Source of the DNA: Trichoplax sp. H2
Taxonomy: Eukaryota
Length of the DNA stretch: 59,065 nucleotides
Direction of reading: 5' to 3'
Assembly: GCA_003344405.1 (NCBI GenBank)
Contig: NOWV01000114.1
Location: 186,001-245,065, forward strand
A program made the translations under genes and the position numbers. Position 1 is the stretch's first letter; each line of letters opens with the position of its first letter. The notes below the pieces were generated by a model. That model was not told where the DNA came from, did not search any database, and saw only the letters and a program-made list of their open reading frames with translations. Positions 13,422 to 33,068 of the stretch are shown here, one piece after another.

Positions 13422-14518
13422 AATTATTGGGTAACTCTAAGATTGCATTCCAGATTACAATGCAGCTAAATAATTTTGTAATAGAGATTTCGTTAAATTA
13501 ATGTACCTAACAAATTACTGCGAAATATGTGAAGAGCTACAGTACCATCTTGTAATCCCTTTACAAAGCTAAATTTTCGTAGCTCAAGGTTATCCTAGAG
13601 ATCGAAGCTTTCAGATTCGTTATTGTATGATGAAGTTTTGGCGTATATCGATTTTGGTATTGAAATATACATGTTATATCCTACGATTAAGGTCAACCTC
13701 ATTTATCTAAAAACTTTGCCGAGTTTTTGTCTAATTCGTTGGAAAAGATACCTTTATTGAGCTAATGTGACGACCGTTATATACTCATGCAAAATGAAAT
13801 TTACAGTAGTTTTGAGTGTTATTGGTTAAGTAGTAACAGTAATTGAAAGTAATAAAAAAAATCCGTTTTACACGGTTTTGACCAATTGCATATCTGCTTT
13901 TAAATGAAGTTAAATTTGCTAATCCTTGAGAATTTTATCATTAATAATGATAATAATTAGGAATTACTGTCACGATATAATACAGTGTTGTAGAGATACA
14001 GATATACAGTTAACTTAAAGGAGAATTTATCCCAATCTAAAAATTTTGATGGCATGCACCGACTGAGTTACTGATGGTAGGAATTACTAAAAAATTGAGG
14101 GAAGTAAAGCTGCCGTTCTTTCTAAAAATTTCTAATACTGTATAGAGAACGATAGATTTACTTCCTTTTTTTGCTGTACAGCACTAATTTTCTTTTTGTT
14201 GTCTAACTTGTACCTTATCAGAGACTTTAGCGCGTGTTACGCATAATTTCGAATGAATTAATTAATCAGCTCTGTTTGCCCATTGAGTTCTCACCAAAAA
14301 TTATATTAATTTTAATTTTAATAGCTTTAAATTAATTAATTGATTAACTATGAAGCATAAACTATCAAGTACCACTGCTTCATGTGCTGTGCAAGTGTTA
14401 TTAGCCTGACCTTAACGCTAGAGGCAAAAAATTTTATACCTTTGCAATGTCTAGACAATAGTGAATTGCATCGTAGTGAGACGTTAAACTGTGCTGTGCT
14501 ACACGTGTACTTGCCCAT

Positions 14519-14833
14519 ACGTACAGTATTACCCGATCTTTACTCGGTACAGTACTGTATCGCGGACTACTTCGACGTACGGAAATCTAGTGGTCATGAT
14601 CAATCATGATACTACTACAGTAAATCTTACCGTCAAGATCTAATTAGTAGTCCATGGTACTGTACAGTACTGTACTGTACACTGCACAGTACAGTACGTT
14701 GTGTTCAACCGTACAAGGTGTACTGTACAGTACTGTAAGTCTTTCCCGGTGATTCCTGTACTGTACTGTACTGTACAGTGTACAGTACAGTAATTTAAAA
14801 TTATACGTACTGTACAGTACAGTACTGTACAGT
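14519..14833. repeat. TACAG/CTGTA arrays upstream of SERCA (probable promoter region)
   Basis: Dense TACAG/CTGTA runs followed by a GC-richer stretch (14835-14960) and a strong AG|GTAAGT donor near 15055 that may end a 5'UTR exon. Confidence 0.75.
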
Positions 14834-16172
14834 ATGACGTGGACAGTCACGACCCCGGACGCCCAGTGGACCCTGATCATACCCTGTTGACAGTAAAAGA
14901 AAAAGAAAAGAGAGGAAAAAACGACCGCAGTAAAACAGTGCTTGCCAGTTACCACGCTTAATCTAGACTCGTTGAATTTCAGCTCATTTTTTGGCTCATT
15001 TCAGAAGTACAACAGCCGACAAGTATACGTTTTACGTCTACTGTATTTATCGTAGGTAAGTTGCATCTGAGAAATATTTTATTTTAAGCCAATACACAGC
15101 ATCTGCCACGAATTTTTAATTTATTAATGAAAGATTTGATCATGAATTCATGATGCATTACAGTAAATTTACAAGTGCACAGTAGTACTGAGTACTGTAT
15201 ACAGTACACTAGTAGTGTGTGTATGTATAATAATATATATATATATATATATCTAGTACGATACATTATAATACTAATCTCATCATGCTTTGTGCACTAG
15301 CTGTAGCTGTAACTGCAGACTGCACTACACTGCAGTATTCGAAATGAAGAACACTTTTTAACAATGTAATATTGTACTGTCGCATGGACATAGTGTGTAT
15401 AATATCATATAGTACTACTGTACAGTACTCGTTGCATATCAGTTCTTATATTAAGATACAGTATAGAGTAATAGAGGTAAAAAAATTATCCTTGATTCGA
15501 TTGATTTTACTTTCATGGTTCTTAGCATTGTTTCAACAGTAATATCCTAGCTGTAATATCCGACTTCTACAGTTTTTATAGACATTTATAGTATTAACTG
15601 TTCATACCATAATTAGAGCATAAATTGACGCTAAGCGATTTCCAATGCATAATACGCGTAAATTATTGCCTACTGCTTCGTAGCTATTAAATTATATTAT
15701 AATAGAAAGTAAATGGGATCAACAGTAATATCCGACTCCTGCAATTTTATTGACTTTCATTCAAGATTGGAACAGAGCAGTAGGCAATGTGCCTTTGTGA
15801 TACAGCTGTTACTGTTTTGATATCTTGTTTATAACTAGATAGAAAAGTGACTACTTAATTAGTTAGCTTTAGACAACCAATTTTCATTTATTGTACTGTA
15901 CTATAGTACAGTAGTTGGCGCTTGCTGAAGCCTACAAATCTTGCAGATTAGTACAAATACGGTACGCCTAGAGACCGTACCGCCGTAAATGTCACAGCTA
16001 TAGCCATTTTTACTATACCGTAGTTAAGTTCAATAAGAGAATTTCTCTTATTAAATAAATATACTGTACAGTAAGGGTTAAGTGATGCTGTGTTTTGACT
16101 GATGCAAGAATAGGACAAGTCATATGCTCGATGGGAAGCGACAGTGATAATCTACAGATTTAAAAGGGACAA

Positions 16173-16660
16173 GTACAGTACTGTACACTACACTGTACAG
16201 TATGTAGTGTTACTACTAACTACAGTACTACAGTAAGTACTAGCGTCGGGTGCTCTTTCCGTAAAAGCGTGTTAAGTGTGGAGCTAAAACAAAGGTGCAT
16301 CATGTGCACTGTAGTCATATTACAGTACTCTGTATACAGTATTAACGAGTGGGGGGGGGGGGNNNNNNNNNNNNNNNNNNNNGGGGGGGGGTTCTACAGT
16401 ACAGGACAGTACTGTATACACAGATCTAATAACTGTGTATCTACTTATAGTACAGCACTGTGTACTGTAGAACAGAGAAAAAAACCTCTACAGTACAGTA
16501 CAGTACAGTATGCATCTACAGTACACACTGTACAGTGTACAGTACAGTACAGTACTGTACTGACAGTGAATACTGTACTGTACTGAGAAAGAAGGCGGAA
16601 TGCAATAACAGGCTTTTTTGAAAATTTCAGTGTACTGTACTGTACTGTACTGTACATGTA
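16173..16660. repeat. TACAG/CTGTA arrays immediately 5' of the SERCA start codon
   Basis: Repeated tacagtacag and gtactgtactg units around the poly-G/N gap. Confidence 0.8.
16351..16391. other. Poly-G tract interrupted by a 20-N assembly gap (16363-16382)
   Basis: G12-N20-G9, directly visible. Confidence 0.95.
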
Positions 16661-16843
16661 CGGTGGTAATCAGTTTTTACGGTTAAACTAAGTGTCATAA
16701 AAACGGGAAAACTACTGATGTACTGGACTTTACCACTAGCGCGTCGGCCTATTTCTGTTCTTTCATTGTAGTAGTTTAATTGCGATTCTACTAATAATAA
16801 CTAATAGATCCCCTTGTTACTTGTTAGTATAAATTTTTCGAAC

Positions 16844-23672
<6,829 letters not shown>

Positions 23673-25439
23673 CTTATCGATATGATTGTAGGATTGCAGG
23701 TTATATTTTACAACACTAAGCAGTATCAGCGAAACTATTTATAAACATCTTTGGTTCCGCTTATAGTTTGTACCAATTTGTGGTCTGAATATTTCCTTGA
23801 ACATTTTTTATTGTATTCGTCGTAATTGCCATTGCTCTTATTAGTTGATTTCAGATTGTATGTGAAATTCATATCTAATTGCTTATTCTGCTTGTTGAAC
23901 TGTTAAAAGTATTTGGTGTTGATACTTTGAAACCGCGATTCTGTTCCTTTCTAATATTCTTCGTTATTGAATAATAATTAATGGTCTTTTAGTGTCTCAC
24001 TGTAACAGTTCGATCAGTACCATTTGCATGTAAAGATCAGCTCTTATTTTGTTTCGTATCTTTGTTAAGATTCAGTATATAGTGTCTAGCCAAATCTGAC
24101 TCCTCCGGATGTGCATTTAAATACTTATTTTGGTATCACATTATCTATTACTCAGCAAGAGATTTAACCTTTTCTCTTCAGTTACTTAATGTATGGTAAA
24201 TTATTCGTCGTCTTGCATTGATATAAATGTAAATTTGTAAGAGGTTAGTTGGCTATTTTTTAGTACCACCTGGTATAATCGTGAGTGTTATTTTACTTTG
24301 TATTTTACTGACAAAGTGGCTTTCTGGGCTACTTGTAACGATACTATCAGCTGTATTACTCTGTTGGATAACTTTAGCAATGTCCATCAGGTGATCGGTG
24401 AACGAAAAATTGCGTTTTACGTACTATAGTGGGAGATTATGCAAGAATCTCCGTTTGGTCTCAATAATTCAACTTCTCTATGATTCGAATCATTTCTAAT
24501 ACATCGGCTAAAGTATATAGAACAGATAAGAATTGCAAGAGATAATACGCGTATGATTGCATACCTATTTGTAGGTGTTTACATCTTTGATTTAATATCA
24601 TAAGTACGTTAGATTGCCCACACGTATACTACGTTGCGTACGAATTATTACTAGGTTCAGGAAAATATGGAGTTGGTAATATCGAACAGTTTATAGGATA
24701 TAGGTGAATATTTTAGGTCTATTTTCTTGGATAAACGAAATTTATTAATAAAGTGGTGTCACAGGGTAGTACAATTTACATGTTCATTTTGAAATTCTTC
24801 GTTTCGCATGAGTCGATCACGTGCATCTTCGTATGGACAGTAGATTTTCAACTAGGTCAGAGACGTACCATTTGACTTTGTTAGAAAATTTATGAGCATA
24901 CTGCACGGTATATGTTCATCATAACATCCATAATTTAACGGGTCGCTAAAATAATCGTATCCTTACCGACCCTTTTTACACATAAAGGTAACTTTAGGAT
25001 TGTTACTTATTGTATTTCCGGCTCATTAACTTACTAAAGACTCTGAGCCAGTTCGATGCAATGGTAAGATGAATTGTTACTGGTTATTAATTAGATTTCT
25101 TTCTTTAATCCCAAATCTTTCAAAATACCTTGATTTTATTTTAAGATCTTGTAATTTTTTACTATTAAAAGATATGATAAAAACTTTGATTATCTTAGTA
25201 GTAATCTACAACTCTAATTTAGAGATAAAAATGCCGGAAATGGTCGTGTAATGTAATATATGAATGTGATATTCAACTCATACACCGATATTAAGAAATA
25301 AAATAGCCAATAAGATACTGTAGCATACAATTGTTGAGCGAAACTTTTGATATATTTGCAAATATGCTGTAAATAAATAATTAAACCACTAATTACAGTA
25401 TAGTGTAATTGGTAGCCCATATCAAATGTGAAGGGGATA

Positions 25440-26315
25440 TTACCAATCTTCTTCGATGTAGTCTTCTGGTATGAACTTTAAATTGTCGTAAGTTTTGCCG
25501 GTTCGGCTTTTGCGTTCAAGAAATGTGGCAATGGTCCCCCTTGGAGGTAGTGCTATGCTCCGTTTCGAATTTGGCTTTTCTATCTTTAGTAGTTCTCGGA
25601 TATTTTTCGTGATTATCTGCAGTATTTAAATCACTCATAGCGTAAGTTTACGGCTTTCAAAAATTAATCAATTTACTAAAACGATCTAAATCATAGTAGA
25701 TGTTGGAATTAGTAACATTAAAGAATAACATACAATACCTTGATATGATCAAAGTCCGTGATTCCCATTTTTGGTAAGGTTGAGGCATCTACTGCTATTA
25801 AATTTCTCCCTTTTATTTCATTCTGCAAGAATGTTTTTCTACGTATGGATAGAGGTTAACTTAAGGATCAAGTAGCAAACAAAAGAACGTTGACATTTTT
25901 ATTGGTTAATCGATACTAATAGTAGATTGAAAGATTTAACTTTATTACGTAGCTGTTGCTCATCTAAATTTGGTTCCTTAAGCTACGATACCTTTCTTGT
26001 TATGGTAAAGGAAAATCGAGTTAAATTTCGCAATGTATATTGCTATAAGCACGGTTTTGTTACCGTTTTGCAATTACAGTATCAGGGTTATTACACTTTA
26101 TTGAAGTATATGGTACAGTAGCAGTATATTTCTATGCAGTTAAGCAATAAATTATTTGATTTAGGCATGGAAAATTAAACATGTAATATTGAGGGGATTA
26201 AGCATTTTATATACCTATACTGCTTAAATCCGATATTTTCTATGAAGTCTGCGACTGCTTCCGCTTGCCAATTGATACAGGAAGGTATGCCGTATTCATT
26301 TTCTATCCCTGCCAT
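25440..26315 (-). CDS. SAMD15: Sterile alpha motif protein, SAMD15-like, 3 exons, ~125 aa
   Basis: Exons 26315-26215, 25838-25739, 25616-25440. Translation: SAM domain WQAEAVADFIENIGFKQYRKTFLQNEIKGRNLIAVDASTLPKMGITDFDHIKIITKNIRELL, followed by the SAMD15-type tail RSIALPPRGTIATFLERKSRTG. Not in the supplied ORF track. Confidence 0.85.
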
Positions 26316-26994
26316 ACTGACGAAAATTGAAAGCGAATTTATTCAGGTCTCATCCACTAGAAAGTACATATTAAGAACTTCAGAATGATCCTTAATTTAT
26401 TTAATTTGATGAATTTGTTTCATGGTATTTAAAATTACTTGTCGTTTAATTATATACCACATTATTAATTGATTTATCGTCTAATTAATACACTAAATAA
26501 TAATAATGTATACTGTATAGCATAATGCATTAGCTTCCATAGAAAATATAATAGTATTAGTTAATAATTGTTTTAAATGCGGGATCATCTAGTTTCATAT
26601 CGATGTATTACGTAATGTACGGTGTACTTCACCGAATTAGCGAGGCAGAAGACTTATGATATTCTCATTGGTAACGATTTGTTGAATTTACAGTAGATAA
26701 TAAATATATCAATTAATTACTTCGTGATTTACTGGCCGATGACCCCTTCACTTCGTTTACATGGAATATACATACCTTAATCGTTAGTAAGAAATTAGCC
26801 CACCACTTACAGATCTACACTACTACATAAATATTAAGGCTTAACCACCAACTTCGGGAACAGTTGACAATGTATCAAGTAAACTAGCAAATGTACTTGT
26901 TATTATATTGAATAGTTTAACTAATTAATTTAATTTTAAATGGTGTGCAATAGTAAATTCGCGGAATAAACCATCGACAGGTGTAACACTGAGT

Positions 26995-27920
26995 GTACTG
27001 TACAGTACATGAAATATTTATAATAGCATTATTAAATACCCTAAAAACCCTAACGCGATACAGTATCTTAGTTTCGCTGCTAGGCAACGGCATACATAAG
27101 TCCAAAATGTCCAAGAGCTTGGACTACTGTACAGTACACTGTACAGTGCACTGTGTACTGTGTACTGTACAGTACAGAGCGTGTTTATTTGTTTTCAGAC
27201 AGAAAAAGGGGGAAAATATAACTTTAAAGTTTAAACTAATGTAAAAAAATGTACTTTATACCAAGATGTAGCTAGAGAGCTAAATTTTTTTTATAGATGT
27301 TGGTAGAATTACGCTATTAGTAATACCCATTACAAAATATCGGTTTAAGGACAAAATCTACTACAGTAATCTGAAAAATTAATAAACACACCGCTACAGT
27401 ACAATAATGACCTACTGTACTGTATATCATGGACTACTAAAAGAAAACCTAGACCCACACGTCTCGTGGTAGCCGTACTGCATACAGTACATTAGCACGT
27501 CTAGATCAGAACCCTTTCTTTGCGTATCTAAAGTTTATACTAACTCAGAGCAATAAAACTTCTCTTTTTCTAAAATAGCTCTACGTATAGTGTAATAAAA
27601 GTAAAAAATTATTATTCCATCGACTATACAGTACGATATACATGTATAAACTACAGTACACGCCTTTCTTACGGTGGCGGGTGGCCCAGAACGGCCACAG
27701 CAGCAACTGTAAAATGAAGCCCGTAAAATATAAAATATAACGGTACTGGAAAGAAATAGAGTACTGTACTGTACAGTATTACTGTACATAGCGGAGGAGC
27801 AGAGGAACAGATACGTACTGTACAGTTAGAGCCGTGCACTGTGGATCATTGGCCCTTCTACTGTACTGTACAGTGTACAGTACAGTAGGTCACCGTAGAT
27901 ATCTACAGTACAGTACTGCA
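26995..27920. repeat. TACAG/CTGTA arrays upstream of SAMD15 (sub-clusters ~26995-27177 and ~27395-27920)
   Basis: Repeated tactgtacagtac units flanking a GC-rich patch at 27670-27710. Confidence 0.75.
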
Positions 27921-30382
27921 TACTGAACTGTAGAATATTTATTTCTGTTACGTGATCTGCATGAGTATCGAAGATGTTACGGAGAGTGAGACAGCGGTTG
28001 CACAAACGGGAACTACTGCAGCCTACTAACGTAATTAATTCTGAATGATAACAAGAGTTTGACAGTAGGGTAAAAGCCATCCAGTTAGTTTCAGTTATTA
28101 ACCTGGATAGCATAAGTTATTGCTTACAGAATTTGTGATTTGTGAGCTATACACTTAATTTTCTTGTTTCACAGAATAAAAAAATTTAATTTAAATAATC
28201 GATCTGTCAAACGACTTGTTCCTCCATTACTAAGTCAGAGAAATCATATGATATTGCAGAATGTTACAGTGTGGTACGTCAAGACCAGATGTGCGCATAC
28301 GTATTCGATAATAGACAGCTAATTGGAGCATTAAAGGAGGATTTCTCTTATTGCTGAGGAATTACTTCGTTACATAATAAAAAATTATTTCATCCACAAG
28401 AGAATTACAGTATATTGTTGTATTGATAGCATTAGACCGGGTCTTGTAAAATTTTATTTTTGAAATGAAATGGATAACTTATAGTTATCAAACTGGCACC
28501 TGTTCAGTTATTGTTAATGATTTAAGAGGAGCCTTAACTGAAAGTGGTACGTATAAATCTAATGTAGCTTCAATATGCCATATTTCTCTTCAACGATTAC
28601 ATTCAACAGAGATAATTAAAGTGAATCACTCAAATTACTATTACGTGCTTGGCATATCACCTATCGCAACTCAAGGTTAGATCAAAGCTTCTTATTGTCA
28701 CCTTTGTAAAAAGTATCACTAGACATAATCGGTAATTGCCTGGTAGATCATAATAAATTTACCGAAATAACGGCACATTCAGTTTTAGCTTCTGTCGAAT
28801 TGCATCGAAAGTATGGCAGAAGTATGGTGGTAGAACATGGGTATCTGTTGCATTCTACAGGTTCAAAAAACAATCCTCAACCATACACATATTCAAGCAG
28901 ACGGTTTTATCGATCTCCTGGAGCTGACTACCATATGCTAATGCTAATACGTTGAAAAGGAATCATCAATCAGCAAGTGCGGCAAAGAAGCAACGGAGCG
29001 AATTTATCAAGTTATAGCTGTTAGAGAACATCGGAGATCAATTTGGACGGTTATGCTACTAATTATAATCTTAACTCCTATATTGACCCGTATAGGTTAA
29101 ATCTGACTTGATTAAAAATTAGCAATGATTTGGTGACTTTATAAAGTAGTTCATTACAGTACTTTGTAAAGTTATTAGCTCAGTAAACTTGACCTGGCAT
29201 ACACACGTATTTTCAAGTCAAAGAGTCTGATGCTGCTATTATTATTATTGTCGTGATTGTTACACCGTTAACGCCATACAGTAATACAGAAACTGACCTT
29301 CGTTGAATCCATGTTACGCAAGATATTAATGAATCGGAAATTTAATCTCATCTTCTGACCTATACTTTCCACAATGCGAACTGTATAAATACGTCATTTT
29401 TATAGCGCAGGTAGTTGTTCGTCATTACTGCAAGCTTACAATACGCTTATATTCAAAATGTAAAAACTGAACATATCAAAGAAGTAATACTTATATCTTT
29501 GCATTGAATGAAACTAAAGGAGTTGTCTTGAGCATTTGAAGTGTGTTGTAAATGTGCATTTAACGTACCAAGTGAAAGCTTTTATGTTTTGTAAGCTACT
29601 TATATACTGCAGATTGATCCGATTATAGTATACGCTACGGTATGGTATTGATTACTAGTACTTGCAAAGTATTTAATTAAGTATTTATTTACGTGCAGTA
29701 CACTACATTATTCAGCAATTCAGTTCGCAAAGCAGTTCACACGTTAAAGCTGAGGAATTGATGCTAATATTTCTCTTTCGATTTCTACGCAATTACATGC
29801 AGAATCAAGCATTCTTTCTGATGGTTATCAATTTCAAGTTCTACAATAAAATTGTAACCACTACAATATACGTATACTTCTTTAATGCTAGGTGTATTTG
29901 ATAGAAAATGCCATAATCATTTTCCTAATATGAGGATAATTTGTGAATAATAATTATAATGAATTAGATATATATTTTAATGCAATTTGCTGTTATCGGA
30001 GATTTAAAGCATGTATGCCATATATTTCCGCAAAATAAGCTGAGCACTTATCAAAATTAGTTGAATTGAAATTATAAATACATCAAACTGCGAATAAAAC
30101 TCTAAACGTGTATTCCAGAAAATTTTTTACAAAAATTCATAATGTACTGTATGATCGAAGCTTAATTCGAAATTTTTAGCAGCAGCGTGACTGAATAGTG
30201 GAAAAAATACTATATCGAGGTACTATTTAATATTTACTCATTATGCCAGTTAATGAAATGTGAAATGACTAACTTGATATCAAGTATTATAATATGAGGG
30301 TGCAATCCGGTACACTACTGCTTGGTACAAATACGATACTTGAGAAGTGATGAAACGACGTTTAATTGCAGAGGTCAGATCT

Positions 30383-32106
30383 TTACCTAAACATTTATTA
30401 TTATTGTGAAGAGTAAATTAGTGTATATCAGCCGTCATTTATACTCTAATATTCAAAGGGAATCATCGACAAGTAATCCTGCCACAAAATTACGAAACGG
30501 TAATCTACGTACCAATTAGCCTGAGAACCACTTTGGGAGATAATATTTATTAAATTCTCAGATTTTGCTATCCGCAAGTGGGCTTCTTTTCGCTTTTCTA
30601 AGAATTCATTGACGAAATTTTCAACAGATATCTTCCTATCCATAAATTCATCTGCTAGCGTCTATCAAGATTTACGCAGAGTTATAAAATACTATTTAAT
30701 GTAATAGTTAATTATGTAATCCGTGAAGTAAGTAAAGTGTAAAAAGTCATGGATAAATAAAGCCAATATAATTCTTGTACTGACGTAATCGAATCTGAAT
30801 GCTGCTAAAGCTTGATTTCAACTCATTACTAGTTTTGAAAGCTTCCCCTTTAAATTAATTGCTGGATCTATAATTAATTTGTACGCTGGCCATAACTTAC
30901 TTCTGCTTCTTCTTCATTTTGAGCAACAGATGCTTTCATAAGAGCAGAGATTGTGTCTAAATCTATACGGTAATTCCCTAGATGTCAATATTAGTTACCA
31001 AGTATGAGAGAAATTTTGGATCAAAATCAAAATTGTAATATCAATCATCTATTATATATATATATATATAGCCATTATTAATTAATAGAGAGTATTACAG
31101 TATAACTGCTTTGCCTATAAGCAATAGTATTACCGTTGTAGTAGTACAATATCATTAATTAATTTATTATGCATCGCTAGGATTATTATACCGAGAAGTT
31201 GTACTTTCTGTGCGTATTCATCGCGTAGTGTTTTGTACTTTTCCAGAACTTGTTTCAAACTATTGATACGACTCTCAAGATCGGGTTTCCTTTTTAAGTT
31301 GTAGTCGGCTAAGCTTTGATTTCTTGCTGTTGAAGTTTGAATAGTCGACTTCATTTTCCGAACCTTCAATAATACACGCATAGTATATATTGCAATATAG
31401 GATAATACAATAAGGTCGATGCATATAATATGCGCTTACTGTACGCGTACGTTTAACGCAGCATAAGAATGTAACGCCAAAAACATACAGTATTATGCAT
31501 AGTACACGTCTATATTCGTAAATTCAAACTGTTCCAGCAATCCTAACAGTGTCTCATACAAATCTAAACTAATAATAATTTCATTTGATGGCACAGTAGT
31601 ACTTTCGTTCGTAAGTTCATCATTTGTTGTTGCATTAAGAAATTGAAAGTAATGTCAGAGTCCTTGCTAATGTAACATAGACTGTAGCGTAGGCTCATTG
31701 TACGTGTATAAAAAAGTTATTTTGGTTTTATAAAAATATATACAATTTTAAAGGTAGATGTAAGCATTAACAATGTTGTAAATTCCCCTAGATTTAAAAT
31801 CGATGTACTGTATATAACATACTATAATAACAAACTTACCTGATCTGATTCACCAATCATAGAAATTATCTTACTTTCATTGTGTAACAGGGTTTGAAGG
31901 TCGTCGGAAGTTTTACGGCGTAATATTCCCAAAAATGTGGAAATATCTGATGAAACGTCAATCGGGGGATTATTTAGACGCGTTGACGAGTAATGACTTT
32001 GTGGAATTACGGGCATAGGCATAGCATGAACGTCTGACTGAGCTGGTGGATAGCCTGGATATGAAGGCGGGTGATGATTGGCAGAACCAGTATTTCCGCT
32101 ATACAT
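30383..32106 (-). CDS. VPS37: ESCRT-I subunit VPS37 family (Mod(r) domain), 5 exons, ~222 aa
   Basis: Exons 32106-31840, 31363-31192, 30977-30901, 30661-30513, 30386-30383. Pro/Tyr-rich N-terminus, then NQSLADYNLKRKPDLE, ALMKASVAQNEEEAETLADEFMDRKISVENFVNEFLEKRKEAHLRIAKSENL, characteristic of the VPS37 C-terminal domain. Confidence 0.88.
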
Positions 32107-32372
32107 TGCAAAAGCTGCGTATGTAAGATCGATCGCTGTCTTTGAAGGTAGTATGTCTAAACGAATAACATAAAATAAAATAAAATAATGTACAGTAATA
32201 TCAAATATAATATTCATGCGATTGTGCGTGTTCCACTTACAATTATATACGTTTCGCAATACTGTAGTAATAAAGTAGTTGAAACTTGACTCAGCTGGCT
32301 TGGTCAGTAGTATTAACTGAAAAAAACATAAAATTTTATTTGTTAGCTTGCGGTTCCATCGTATCTACTATA

Positions 32373-32942
32373 CGGTACTGTACTGTACAGTACGGTTGTG
32401 TGCTAAGAACTGTACAGTACTGTACGGTACAAATTACAGGTTCTCGGGCGTGGCGAGTTTGTACAGTACAATACGATACAGTACATATTGTATACTACAG
32501 TACTATATACTGTACTTTAGTTCGTTAAGTACGTAAACCAAAGTTTCGTTTCGCCTTTGAAATCAGTTACTGAATGTAGAGTACTGTACAGTACATTAGC
32601 ACATCTTTAGTAAAATTACACCGAAGGTGATCAAAAAATGCCAATACTGTACGGTACTATGGAAAAATAAATTAAATTAAATTTTAATTTTAAATTAAAT
32701 TAAGTATCAGTACAGATACTGAAGCATAGTGAAGCGTTTAAAACAGTTTTCAGATTTAAGACAATGTGAGGCGAAATGTCCGATCACCCGAGGACCTAGG
32801 GCAATGACGTACTGTACTAGTTTTTATGTCACTGTCGTCAGCGTCATTGCCTTCGTACGTGCTATTTTTACCGTCACCGTCTGAGCCTTCTGGCCCACCG
32901 TGGTTATTAATCTACTGTACTGTAGTGTACAGTACAGTACTG
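32373..32942. repeat. TACAG/CTGTA arrays in the divergent VPS37-ZNHIT3 intergenic region
   Basis: Multiple tactgtacagtac units between the two start codons (32106 and 33069). Confidence 0.8.
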
Positions 32943-33068
32943 TTAGTCCATTATTTTTAGTGTGACTTCTTCCTTGGTAGAAACTTTAAAATACGAGAAG
33001 TCATAAAGTAAGAGCGACTAAAAATTATAGGTATATGATTGTTGTTGTTTATCCTCTGAATGGAAACT

